A stretch of DNA of 64,000 nucleotides from contig CM082589.2 in the NCBI GenBank assembly GCA_040954595.2, positions 8,378,232 through 8,442,231 of the forward strand, written 5' to 3'. The notes under the pieces are model-generated. The model saw only the letters and a program-made list of their open reading frames with translations. It did no database searches and was not told the DNA's origin. The position numbers were made by a program, and so were the translations under genes. This DNA comes from Balanoglossus misakiensis (taxonomy: Eukaryota; Animalia; Hemichordata). Positions 26,752 through 38,287 of the stretch are shown here, in pieces (the first letter of the stretch is position 1; every line of letters starts with the position of its first letter).

Positions 26752-27374
26752 TTACCTTAATTATTCAAAATAAATCCCGCATTTCTCCATGATTCACATA
26801 TCGTTTACAGGCACTGTAAACATGGATCTACGCCTCGAATGGTCTGTCGGTAATTGCATGTATCCAAACATTCGAGCGACTTAAACACGATTACGACAGT
26901 TGTTTTCTGACATAGCTATAGATAGCAGGAGTGAGCAACCAAGTATATCATAATAAAAAAATCATTAGTGAAGTTCACTGCGCAGCGACATTACGATTGG
27001 CATAGATATATCACTGTGTGACAGTTAACTCACCGAGAGGCAAATGCTAACAAATACAACAGTTGGACTCAACAAAAAGGGATAACCTAATTTCATTTTA
27101 ATTATATTATATTTTGAGGCAATCAACACATGTATGCAATGACACTGGGTTGTATCCATATAATCAACATAAGCATATTATTGTACAGACATTAATTGTC
27201 TCTTAGTTTAAGTGTACACGGTAAGATTACCCTCGTGTTTATACAATCTTTGTGAGTTAGTCAGTTCTACAAGGAAGTTCTACACTTCAGTTCTGGACTT
27301 AGGTTGGTCCAGCCAGGACTACAGGCTTGTCCTGTATGTCCACGGTTGGCCTTTCTGAATAGAGTCATCGACGT

Positions 27375-27732
27375 TGTTCCCGTCTCTTGATCATCACATC
27401 CCGACATCACAAGACGAATGTACTAGTATTTCACCACTACGTGACATGATGATGGAGGATCCGAATTTCCGGTACCAAGATTGACATTGGGGTCGCCAGT
27501 CACCTCTCGTCGCCAAGTGAGAAGCTCTACCAAGTGGTTGAAAATCCCCGAAGTTCTACAGCTGGAAGCCGGACGTCACGTCGATGCTCCATCGATGTTG
27601 ACCGAACCAGGGCTATCGCCGAGTGGTTCCCGAGCTATTCCCCGATACAGAAACAAGGGCGTGTCATGTAATGGTGAAATACATTCGTCTGGTGATGTCG
27701 GGATGTGATGAAGAAGAGACTAGACGGGAACG
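27375..27732. repeat. Imperfect inverted repeat with arms of about 70 bp
   Basis: TCATCACATCCCGACATCAC..AGACGAATGTA..TTTCACCA near 27390-27440 pairs with TGGTGAAATACATTCGTCT..GTGATGTCGGGATGTGATGA near 27670-27711. Confidence 0.6.
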
Positions 27733-28965
27733 AGTGTAGAGTGGATTTTAACGCCGATTACGTATTGCTACAGGAGGACGATGACGATGACATTGAACAT
27801 CTTGCATTGGAAGTTGATATAAAAATGGTGGTTCATGGTTTTCTGTACAAAATATCCCTTTCGTTTTACCCTACACTAAAGACAGGTATCAAGTTATGCA
27901 AAAACAAAGAAAATAGTGTCGGTGATCACGTAATGACCGAAGGAGAGGCGAATGAATATTGATTCAGGTCGTCAGACAAAGTCCACAACGTAAAAACTTT
28001 GAAGGTTTGACCTATGCCGATCTCGATTTATCGTCCAACAATGCGTAGACTCAACACAAAGAAATGTATAGTGTGTTGAGTGAACAAAACGATGACCTCA
28101 TGCACGCTGAGGTCAGAACGCAGTTGAGTATTGGGTTATTCCTGAAATACACAAAAATCTATAACTTCGACACACGTATCTTCTTCATATTATACTAGAG
28201 TATTTTGGTGCAGTTTTCCTGTAAATATTCATGAACACTGAACAATATTAAACGTTATAGGATTTCAGTTTACGATTGGAATCCAGTGCCCCATTTCCAA
28301 GCACACTAGTCAATGTTTCCGTGTTAGACGCAAATCCTACATCAGCCATGCATTGCGAATAATTATGCAAGTCTTTAAGATACAAGTTTCAGTTTTTTAT
28401 AACTTGGAGGGCTTTAAAAACAGTTTACATTGCTGTTGTTCTTACCTTTCTTGATATTATGATTTGCAGTTATATTTTCAACAGATATTCTGTTTTGGTT
28501 TAATATATCTTAATTGTTGTAGTTTTTGAGGTAAAGAATATTCCCCGTTTTTACTGTTTATAGCATCAAATTAATTGAATTCCGCCCAAGGAAAGATTTT
28601 GTTCTTTGCATGAGATAACTCATTCTGTACGGTGCTAATTGTACCGGACATGCATGAGTACAGGTAGTACTTTTGCGACTTTGTAACTCGAATTCTCAGT
28701 TAATCTGATGTTAGACTATGTTAACTGTGTCCACGATTCACCAAGAACAAACCACATAACTGACTTTGAAGACATTCACAAATCACTAAACCCTCTGACG
28801 CTCATTTAATTTTCTTTCTTATTTTGTATCTACATTTTCATAAGCAAGTCCAAAGAGACCTGATGCCAATGAAACACGTTTGCGGTGATACAATATCAAC
28901 CAATGCTCAATCATATCTCATGTTCTGCTTTCTCATTTTCTGCTTTTAAAAAACGAGGCTGTAGT

Positions 28966-29075
28966 CCACGCATGCGCATAATTGCTGAAAGTTTTGATTC
29001 ACTACCACGATTCACCGATATTTGTTGATCACTTTTCACGTCACAGAAATACCCGGATCAAGGAAAAGAAACCGT
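28966..29075 (+). promoter_or_regulatory. Conserved upstream block of the Ig-receptor genes (also at about 31655, 35068, 38078, 42170; partial at 55864)
   Basis: CCACGCATGCGC...GAAAGTTTT...TTCACGTCAC(A/G)GAAATACCCGGAT recurs about 100-220 bp upstream of each ATG. It contains NRF1-like, CRE-like and ETS/Rel-like words. Function is inferred. Confidence 0.45.
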
Positions 29076-29157
29076 GTTACCTGCTTGAGCGATCAGTCCC
29101 ATTTGTTGGACATAATTTACTAAGCACCGCTGTACAACAATCTTCAAAGGTTGAAGA

Positions 29158-30930
29158 ATGTTGATGTACAGAAAGAGACGACTGAACCACCACGTGTGGA
29201 TATTTATTGCTGTCTTTTTCTGTGTTCAAGCAGCAGACCCCTTGTTACAGACAGAACCAGACGATACTGAAGTTATATTCCCGTATACAAGCACTGGTGT
29301 CACAACTGTTAATCTACGCTGTACTGTTCGGTATTTACAGGCTGGTCAGAATGTGGCATGGTACAAAAACGGAATACAAATCAGCAACAATTCTGTTGTG
29401 TACAACACCTTCAATGAGGATGTTAATCGGTACAGTGTAGACCATTCTCTCCAACAGGGAGACTATTCGATATTCAACCTACAAATCACAACGTCTGGGG
29501 CCAATGCTGCCTTTGACACTGGTGAGTACGTATGTGTGGTGACGACAAATCCTCCCTTACAGTCCCGTACTGCTCGACTAGATGTCTATGTTCGCCCACA
29601 ATCAGGCTCTGTACAATGTTCAATCGATGATACCGCCAACGATGATGTCTTCGATGTCATTGAAGGAACAACAGTGCAACTACAGTGTCGTTCAGATCCT
29701 ACGGGTGTTCCTGCAATGACAACATATTGGACAAGACAGGGATATCCAAATGATATCAACGATACATTCACAACCACAGACACGGATAGAACAAAACTTC
29801 TCCACTATTCATGGACACCAACACGGCAACAACAACATGCCACATTTACCTGTACAGGAGCTCACCCAGCTATTCACACAAACAAAACATGTCAGCTCGG
29901 TCCCTTCAACGTACAATATAAACCAATCGCGCAGATTTCACCATCATCTCTCACAGTTACAGTTGAAACACAAGTCGTCACATTTACATGTAGTGGTGAT
30001 GCAAATCCTTCAGTGACAGACTATAGTTGGGCAATTACAGAAGGCCTAGAGTTTAGCTATCAGAGTGATAATATCTTGATGGTTTCTGACATTACGAGTG
30101 CTAATAATGGTGTATATTGGATCAGTTGTGCAGCTGTCAATGACATCGGACGATCAGAAACTGTTATCAGTACCCTGACTATCAACATTCAGTCAATAAC
30201 AACCACGCACCATGTAATACAGCCATCGACTTTAAATATTTTCTCAACCAATCCACCTGTGTTACCTCATACATCTCGTAGCATCATAACCGATCTCGAC
30301 GAAGCAGAAGGAAATTCGGTCAGCACCGATGATGGAACCACAGGAAATTTAGTGAGCACAGAAATGTCTGATTCAGACGACAAGCAACGGTTAAACAATT
30401 CAAAAACCAGCACTAAAGATGTTGTCACCAGCACAGTGATCGCCATCTTGAGTTTTGTCGTTATTGTTTGCATAACCATCAACTTGTATTGTTTTGTCGA
30501 AATTCGTGCCCACCGTCGAATTCCATGCACCACATTTTCAGTGGAAGAAAGGATGAACGACGCGAGAAGCGGGAAAACAGAAGATCCAAACTCTGGTCAA
30601 GAAATGGACGTGAGAGTCCACATTGGTCAGATTCCTGCAGACAGTGTCCAGTATGACGATATCGGTGTTGCCAGGCAACAACCAGAACATTATCAAACTT
30701 TGAATTCCCCAGACAAAGTTGACTACATTTCTCTGAACGGTGCAAAAGTTACCGGGGAGGGCGTTGCACATGGCGAACCGAAAACTCTCATCGACCAGGA
30801 TCCTCAGAGTCCGGTTCAAGAATTCAACGGTGATGAGGTCATCAATGGCGCCGAACATTATCAAAGTTTAAACCTTACAACCACTGATGTTTACACGTCA
30901 CTCGGTGATGTTAAAGTTGTAGAAAAATGA
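29158..30930 (+). CDS. Ig receptor copy A: signal peptide, V-type Ig plus two further Ig domains, S/T stalk, TM, tail with two ITAM-like motifs; intronless, intact, 590 aa
   Basis: LRC..VAWYKNG..DTGEYVC (V/I-set), LQC..W..ATFTC, FTCSGDANP..YSW..ISC; TM VIAILSFVVIVCITINLYCFV; YQTL-x7-YISL (30691-30735) and YQSL-x7-YTSL (30859-30903). Confidence 0.9.
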   Translation: MLMYRKRRLNHHVWIFIAVFFCVQAADPLLQTEPDDTEVIFPYTSTGVTTVNLRCTVRYLQAGQNVAWYKNGIQISNNSVVYNTFNEDVNRYSVDHSLQQGDYSIFNLQITTSGANAAFDTGEYVCVVTTNPPLQSRTARLDVYVRPQSGSVQCSIDDTANDDVFDVIEGTTVQLQCRSDPTGVPAMTTYWTRQGYPNDINDTFTTTDTDRTKLLHYSWTPTRQQQHATFTCTGAHPAIHTNKTCQLGPFNVQYKPIAQISPSSLTVTVETQVVTFTCSGDANPSVTDYSWAITEGLEFSYQSDNILMVSDITSANNGVYWISCAAVNDIGRSETVISTLTINIQSITTTHHVIQPSTLNIFSTNPPVLPHTSRSIITDLDEAEGNSVSTDDGTTGNLVSTEMSDSDDKQRLNNSKTSTKDVVTSTVIAILSFVVIVCITINLYCFVEIRAHRRIPCTTFSVEERMNDARSGKTEDPNSGQEMDVRVHIGQIPADSVQYDDIGVARQQPEHYQTLNSPDKVDYISLNGAKVTGEGVAHGEPKTLIDQDPQSPVQEFNGDEVINGAEHYQSLNLTTTDVYTSLGDVKVVEK

Positions 30931-31869
30931 TGACTGAATGAGGAGTTTCACACAAACGGTACTGTAGTCAAAATGCAGATGTGATTGTGAAAAGCCAAGG
31001 AACATCGTATAGGGGAACTTTGACAATTAGATTGGTCAACACTTGTGAATGCATATTAAATTAATTTCTCTATTAGTATTAGCTTAGGACTTCGAAATTT
31101 AATATCATATACATGTACCACATGTAAATAACATTTATGCATTTACCCATATTAAAAATCTTGTGATCACTTTTAAGAACGGTAAATTTCTGTATTTAAG
31201 TTTGTGCTATAGATTTGGGAGAATGGAAAGCGGTATAGTGGTGTCGAGAACGTTCTTAAGAGACTTTCAGAGACTGGCGAGTAAACATATCAGGTCGTGA
31301 TCCCGGAAAAGAAAGTACAATGCATCTTTTGTGACATTTTCCCCAACCTCTGCGATCCACCACGTCGTTATTTAAAGTAACGTACGCCCCAGTGACCAAC
31401 AATGGACGAAAACACACATCGGAGATTGCAACGTGAGCTTGAGTGTTTTGTGGGTCGTTCGGGGTTTATATTAAGTTGGTGTGTTTAGTCCAATGGATGT
31501 AATCACACCTTGAATGTGTTTGTATTATTTCAATTACTGTAGTTAAATTCAATCATATGAAGTTTTTTATTTTTGCAAAAATTGGATCTAATTTCACAGT
31601 AACAATTCTACAGAAACCCTTTTCGGAAAAGATAAAAGCAGTTACGAATGTACTCCACGCATGCGCATATTTATTGAAAGTTTTCATTCACCACTGCGGT
31701 TCACCAATACAAGGGACGAATTCTATACTTGTTGACTGATGTTCACGTCACAGAAATGTCCGGATCAAGTAAAAGAAATCCTGTTATATTACCTGCTTGA
31801 GCGATCAGTCCCATTTGTTGGACATAATTTACTAAGCACCGCTGTACAACAATCTTCAAACGTTGAAGA

Positions 31870-33555
31870 ATGTTGATGTACAGAAAGAGACGACTGAACC
31901 ACCACGTTTGGATATTTATTGCTGTCTTTTTCTGTGTTCAAGCAGCAGACCCCTTGTTACAGACAGAACCAGACGATACTGAAGTTATATTCCCGTATAC
32001 AAGCACTGGTGTCACAACTGTTAATCTACGCTGTACTGTTCGGTATTTACAGGCTGGTCAGAATGTGGCATGGTACAAGAACGGAATACAAATCAGCAAC
32101 AATTCTGTTGTGTACAACACCTTCAATGTGGATGTTAATCGGTACAGTGTAGACCATTCTCTCAACAGGGAGACTATTCGATATTCAACCTACAAATCAC
32201 AACGTCTGGGGCCAATGCTGCCTTTGACACTGGTGAGTACGTATGTGTGGTGACGATAAATCCTCTCTTACAGTCCCGTACTGCTCGACTAGATGTCTAT
32301 GTTCGCCCACAATCAGGCTCTGTACAATGTTCAATCGATGATACCGCCAACGATGATGTCTTCGATGTCATTGAAGGAACAACAGTGCAACTACAGTGTC
32401 GTTCAGATCCTACGAGTGTTCCTGCAATGACAACATATTGGACAAGACAGGGATATCCAAATGATATCAACGATACATTCACAACCACAGACACGGATAG
32501 AACAAAACTTCTCCACTATTCATGGACACCAACACGGCAACAACAACATGCCACATTTACCTGTACAGGAGCTCACCCAGCTATTCACACAAACAAAACA
32601 TGTCAGCTCGGTCCCTTCAACGTACAATATAAACCAATCATTCAGATTTCACCCCAATCGCTCACAGTTACAGTTGAAACACAAGTCGTCGCATTTACAT
32701 GTATTGGTGACGCAAAGCCTTCTTTGATAGATTATGTTTGGGGAATTACAACAGGCCTAGAGTTTAGCTATCAGAGTGACAATGTCTTAATCGTTTCTGA
32801 CATTACGAGGGCTAATAATGGTGTATATTTGATCAGCTGTGAAGCTGGCAATGACATCGGAAAGTCAGAAACTGCCATCAGTACCTTGACAATTAACATT
32901 CAATCAGTAACAACCACGGGCCATGTAATGCAACCGTCGACTTTAAATGTTTTCTCAACCAATCCATCTATATTATCTCATACATCTCGTAGCATCATAA
33001 CCGATCTCGACGAAGCAGAAGGAAATTCAGTCAGCACCGATGATGGAACCACAGGAAATTTAGTGAGCACAGAAATGTCTGATTCAGACGACAAGCAACG
33101 GTTAAACAATTCAAAAACCAACACTAAAGATGTTGTCACCAGCACAGTGATCGCCATCTTGAGTGTGGTCGTTATTGTTTGCATAACCATCAACTTGTAT
33201 TGTTTTGTCGAAATTCGTAGGCACCGTCGAATTCCATGCACCAGATTTTTAGTTGAAGAAAGGATGAACGACGCACGAAACGAGAAAAACAGAAGATCCA
33301 AACTCTGGTCAAGAAATGGACGTGAGAGTTCACACTGGTCAGATTCCTGCAGACAGTGTCCAGTATGACGATATCGGTGTTGCCAGGCAACAGCCTGAAC
33401 ATTATCAAAGTTTGAATTCCCCAGACAAAGTTGACTATATGTCTCTGAACGGCGCTAAAGTTATCGAAGAGGGCGTGGCACATACCGAACCGAAAACTCT
33501 CACCGATGACATTTTCACCGCCCTGCACGATCTACCACGTCGTTATTTAAAGTAA
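31870..33555 (+). pseudogene. Ig receptor copy B, a disrupted paralog of A
   Basis: Near-identical to A. It has a 1-nt deletion at about 32163 (CTCTCAAC vs CTCTCCAAC), a 1-nt gain in the A-run at about 33285-33289, and a deletion at about 33505 that removes the second ITAM and joins the tail to downstream intergenic sequence. Confidence 0.85.
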
Positions 33556-33849
33556 CGTACGCCCCAGTGACCAACAATGGACGAAATCATACATCGGAGA
33601 TTGCAACGTGAGCTTGAGTGTTTTGTGGGTGGTTCGGGGTTTATATTATAGTTATGTCTGTATATTTCTTCTCAATGACGGTGAAATTGTAAACATCAAA
33701 CAAAATACCCGAAGTCCCGGACAGTTCCGAAACGAGCCAACATCCACCAGGGACCGACTGCTAAAATTCACATACAAATTGTAATCGAAATCATTACTCA
33801 CATCAACCAAGCGCCACGACTTTTCATATCCCATTCTATAAACACATAC

Positions 33850-34492
33850 TTAGGGGTTATTACACGGATTTTGGTCGATAACGCGTCGTATTAGAGTGTG
33901 TCCGTATTTTGACAAGTTGCACTTCGCAACGAGTCAAAATACGGACATCACGAGAATGCGTCGCGTTATCGACCAAAATCCGTGTAATAACCCCTTTATC
34001 ATACATGCCTACCTATAAAACAGTACGATTTGCGAAAATGCGCCGAGAAAAACAATTTCAAATTTGAACCGGGCGCTGGGATCACGGCAGTAGCCATGTT
34101 GTGGCGTATGACGTGTGGGCCGTAGTATCATTTTAAGGGGGTTGGCAGCTTTCATTACGATGGGCACATCCGCATTCTAAATAAAATTGTCTACGTTCTC
34201 TTTCAAAATATCATGTTAACAATTATTTTGCATTGAGAATTTCGAAGAACTAAAAATGATGCATTCAACATGACAAAACCGCCAGCTTTGAAAACTTTAT
34301 TACAGCTTCTAATAACAGAATTTTACAACACCCCTCTCCACTAGAGTCCTATGCCCCGTGTGTCGCTCGCGCGCGCAGCGAACTGTCGCGCCGAGACGCG
34401 GACGCGATATTTTCACATTGTGAAATACCGTAAAATATCTTCGGGGCGAGAACAATAGAAAGTGTTAAATACAGGCGTTGCATGTATGATAA
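33850..34492 (-). mobile_element. Helentron/HINE-like non-autonomous insertion (643 bp)
   Basis: Absent from the paralogous spacer at about 41566 (ACATAC|ATGCAG); no TSD. Asymmetric sub-terminal IR TTATCATACATGC (about 33996 and 34480-34492) and a terminal palindrome of about 140 bp (33852-33994). Confidence 0.6.
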
Positions 34493-34725
34493 ATGCAGAT
34501 ATTTTGATATCAACATTAAAAAATCTGTATTATTTTGAGGGGAATTAAAATAAACTGGCCTATCTTTAAATGCGTTGGCACATAGCAAAACAAACCAGAT
34601 TCAGGGCGCTACTTGTAAGTGGTACTTATGTTGACTTTAAAGCAACAAACGACATGAGATGACGACACAAAATGAAAATGGTAATACTGCAACTTCCTTC
34701 ACTCATACTTTCCTTTATTCTTTTG

Positions 34726-34756
<31 letters not shown>

Positions 34757-35278
34757 AATAGTGGATACACAACATCAAGACAATTCACTTATAGTTATTG
34801 TCTCTGTGGCCCAACACACATCTATGTGTGGTTTATATAAAATGGCAGAAACTTTGGAACTGAATGTAATCACAGCATTACGGTGTAATTTTGCGGGGGA
34901 AAGTTTGTGTGTGTTTGTCCAATGGATGCAATCAAACCTTGAATGTGTTTGTATTATTTCAATTACTGTAGTTAAATTCAATCAAATGATGTTTTCTATT
35001 TTTGTAAAAATCGAAACTCATTTGACCGGTAACAATCCAATAAAGATAAACGCAGTTTGTCTGTAATCCACGCATGCGCCATTTGTTGAAAGTTTTCACT
35101 CTTACTGGGGTTCACCAATACAAAGAATACAAAGAAGGGATACTTGTTGACCGATTTTCACGTCACGGAAATACCCGGATTAAGGAAAAGAAACCTTGCC
35201 ACTTGCTTGAGCGATCTGTGCTGTTGGACATGGTTTACTAAACACTGTTGTACAACACTCCCATTGCCATTTTTGACG

Positions 35279-37060
35279 ATGTACAGAAAGACACGATTCA
35301 GCCTCCACATGTGGATATTTATTGCTGTGTTTTTCTGTGTCCAAGCAGCAGACCCCTTCTTAGCGACAGAACCAGAAAATAAGGAAGTTATATTCTCGTA
35401 TACAAGCAATGATGTCACAACTGTTAATCTACGCTGTACTGTTCGGTTTTTGCAGTCTGGTCAGAATGTGGTGTGGTACAAGAACGGGTTACAATTCAGC
35501 AACAATGATGTTGTGTACAACACGTACGTAGATGTTAATCGGTACAGTGTGTCCTACTCTATGTATCAAGTATCCTATTCGGTATTCAACCTACTTATCT
35601 CAACGTCTGTGGCCAACGCCGTCTTTGACACGGGTCAGTACCAGTGTGTGGTGACGACTGACCCTCCCTTGGAATCCCGTAGAGCTCGCCTGGATGTCTA
35701 CGTAACCCCACAGACAGGATATACAAGATGTTCAATCGGCACTGATCCAAATGACGACGATTTTAACGTGAGGGAAGGAACGTCAGTGTCCCTGCAGTGT
35801 CGTTCAGATCCCACGGGCATACCCGCCATAACAACAGGATGGACCAAAAATGGATTCCCCAATGATATCAATAATACATTGAGAACCACAGATCCTGGTG
35901 GCACGGAGGTTCTCCAATATTCCTGGACACCAACACCTCAAGAACAGAATGCAATATTTACCTGCGTAGGATTTCACCCTGGTTATGCCACAAACAAAGC
36001 ATGTCAGCTTGGTCCATTCAACGTACAGTACAGACCAATCGTTCATATTTCACCCCAATCGCTCACAGTTACAGTTGAAACACAAGTCGTCGCATTTACA
36101 TGTAGTGGTGATGCAAATCCTTCAGTGACAGACTATAGTTGGTCAATTACAGGACGGGTAGAGTTCAGCTATCAGAGTGACAATGTCTTAATCGTTTCCA
36201 TCATTACAAATGAAAACAATGGTGTTTATTATATCACCTGTACTGCTGTCAATGACATCGGAGAGTCAGACAATGCCATCAGTACCTTGACCATCAATAT
36301 CCAATCTAAAACAACCACGCATAGGCCTAATGTATTGCACCCATCAACACTAAACGTTTTCTCAACCGAACGACAAATAGTACATCATACATCTCGTAGC
36401 ATCACAAACGACATCGACAAAGCAGAAGGAAATTCAATCAGCACCGATGATGGAACCACGGACAATTTCGTGAGCACGGAAAAGTCAGAGTCAACCAACA
36501 AGCAACTGTCAACGTTAAACAGTTCAGAGACAAACACAAGGGATGTTGTCTACAACACAGTGATCGCCATAATGGGTGTTTTCATGATTGTTGGCATAAC
36601 CATCAACTTGTATTGTTTTGTCGAAATTCGTGCCCACCGTCGAATTCCATGCACCACATTTTCAGTGGAAGAAAGGATGAACGACGCGAGAAGCGGGAAA
36701 ACAGAAGATCCAAACTCTGGTCAAGAAATGGACGTGAGAGTCCACATTGGTCAGATTCCTGCAGACAGTGTCCAGTATGACGATATCGGTGTTGCCAGGC
36801 AACAACCAGAACATTATCAAACTTTGAATTCCCCAGACAAAGTTGACTACATGTCCCTGAAAGATGCAAAAGTTACCGAGGAGGGCGTTGCACATGGCGA
36901 ACCGAAAACTCTCATCGACCAGGGTCCTCAGAGTCCGGTTCAAGAATTCAACGGTAATGAGGTCATCAATGGCGCCGAACATTATCAAAGTTTAAACCTT
37001 ACAACCACCGATGTTTACACGTCACTTGCCGATGTTAAGGTTGTAGAGAAAGCTGAATAA
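35279..37060 (+). CDS. Ig receptor copy C: intact three-Ig receptor with two ITAM-like motifs (first ATG at 35279)
   Basis: Same architecture as A. Ig2-Ig3 near-identical to copy E; tail near-identical to copy A (YQTL-x7-YMSL, YQSL-x7-YTSL). Confidence 0.9.
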   Translation: MYRKTRFSLHMWIFIAVFFCVQAADPFLATEPENKEVIFSYTSNDVTTVNLRCTVRFLQSGQNVVWYKNGLQFSNNDVVYNTYVDVNRYSVSYSMYQVSYSVFNLLISTSVANAVFDTGQYQCVVTTDPPLESRRARLDVYVTPQTGYTRCSIGTDPNDDDFNVREGTSVSLQCRSDPTGIPAITTGWTKNGFPNDINNTLRTTDPGGTEVLQYSWTPTPQEQNAIFTCVGFHPGYATNKACQLGPFNVQYRPIVHISPQSLTVTVETQVVAFTCSGDANPSVTDYSWSITGRVEFSYQSDNVLIVSIITNENNGVYYITCTAVNDIGESDNAISTLTINIQSKTTTHRPNVLHPSTLNVFSTERQIVHHTSRSITNDIDKAEGNSISTDDGTTDNFVSTEKSESTNKQLSTLNSSETNTRDVVYNTVIAIMGVFMIVGITINLYCFVEIRAHRRIPCTTFSVEERMNDARSGKTEDPNSGQEMDVRVHIGQIPADSVQYDDIGVARQQPEHYQTLNSPDKVDYMSLKDAKVTEEGVAHGEPKTLIDQGPQSPVQEFNGNEVINGAEHYQSLNLTTTDVYTSLADVKVVEKAE

Positions 37061-38287
37061 GGAATTTCACACAGATAGTACTGTAGTCGCGATGCAAGCA
37101 TGATTGTGTAAATTACATTCAAAGTAACATCCAGACCTCCGCATAATGCTTGAATATTACCTGGTTTTATTGATATATTGCAAAACATTACTTGCCACTG
37201 ATTTTTTTCTGCAACACAATTATGGTGTTATGTGTGTGTATAAATTTTAATCTCTGGGACAGAGTGGGCAAACTATATGACGTTACATATATATAGAGTA
37301 GCGTCTAGTAGTTCAATTGTAAGGAGGAATGCTTTCATATTTATGCAATGAAAAGATCCAGAAAACTTCAGAACACGCCCGTAAAATGATTATTATATTC
37401 ATTAGGGGATTGAATTATTAAAGGCCAGGTATATCTTACAGGGAAATGTTGACAATTACATTGGTCAACAATTGAGAATGATTAATTTCTCAATACGTAT
37501 TAGCTTAGGACTTCGAAATTAACTATCAAAGAACATGTAAGTATTAACATATATGCATTAAATCTACGCACCATATTGATAATATTGCGATCTCTTTTAA
37601 GAATGGGAAATTTGTGTATTTAAGTTTGCGCAAGAGATTTCGGAAAATGGACAGCGATAGTGAGGGGTGAGAACGTTCTTCAGAGACTTTCAGAGACTGG
37701 CGAGTAAACATATCAGGTCGTGATCCCGGAAAAGAAAGTACAATGCATCTTTTGTGACAATTTCACCGACCTATTCGATCCACCACGTCGTTATTTAAAG
37801 TAACGTACGCCCCAGTGACCAACAATGGACGAAAACACACATCGGAGATTGCAACGTGAGCTTGAGTGTTTTGTGGGTCGTTCGGGGTTTATATTAAGTT
37901 GGTGTGTTTAGTCCAATGGATGTAATCACACCTTGAATGTGTTTGTATTATTTCAATTACTGTAGTTAAATTCAATCATATGAAGTTTTCTATTTTTGCA
38001 AAAATTGGATCTAATTTCACAGTAACAATTCTACAGAAACCCTTTTCGGAAAAGATAAAAGCAGTTACGAATGTACTCCACGCATGCGCATATTTATTGA
38101 AAGTTTTCATTCACCACTGCGGTTCACCAATACAAGGGACGAATTCTATACTTGTTGACTGATGTTCACGTCACAGAAATACCCGGATCAACTAAAAGAA
38201 ATCCTGTTACCTGCTTGAGCGATCAGTCCCATTTGTTGGACATAATTTACTAAGCACCGCTGTACAACAATCTTCAAACGTTGAAGA

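Noticed and set aside
30432-30470. CACAGTG heptamers in the Ig genes as V(D)J recombination signals
   Set aside because: They lie in TM-coding sequence, and the copy checked (A) has no ACAAAAACC-like nonamer at 12 or 23 bp. The V domains are already joined in frame, so there is no evidence of somatic rearrangement.
34659-35066. 135-aa ORF with poly-Ala upstream of C
   Set aside because: Driven by a (GCT)n microsatellite absent from the paralogous spacer before E.
35144-35278. N-terminal extensions of C (and of E from 42358) in the ORF track
   Set aside because: They start at TTG. The paralog-aligned ATGs directly before the signal peptides are 35279 and 42388.
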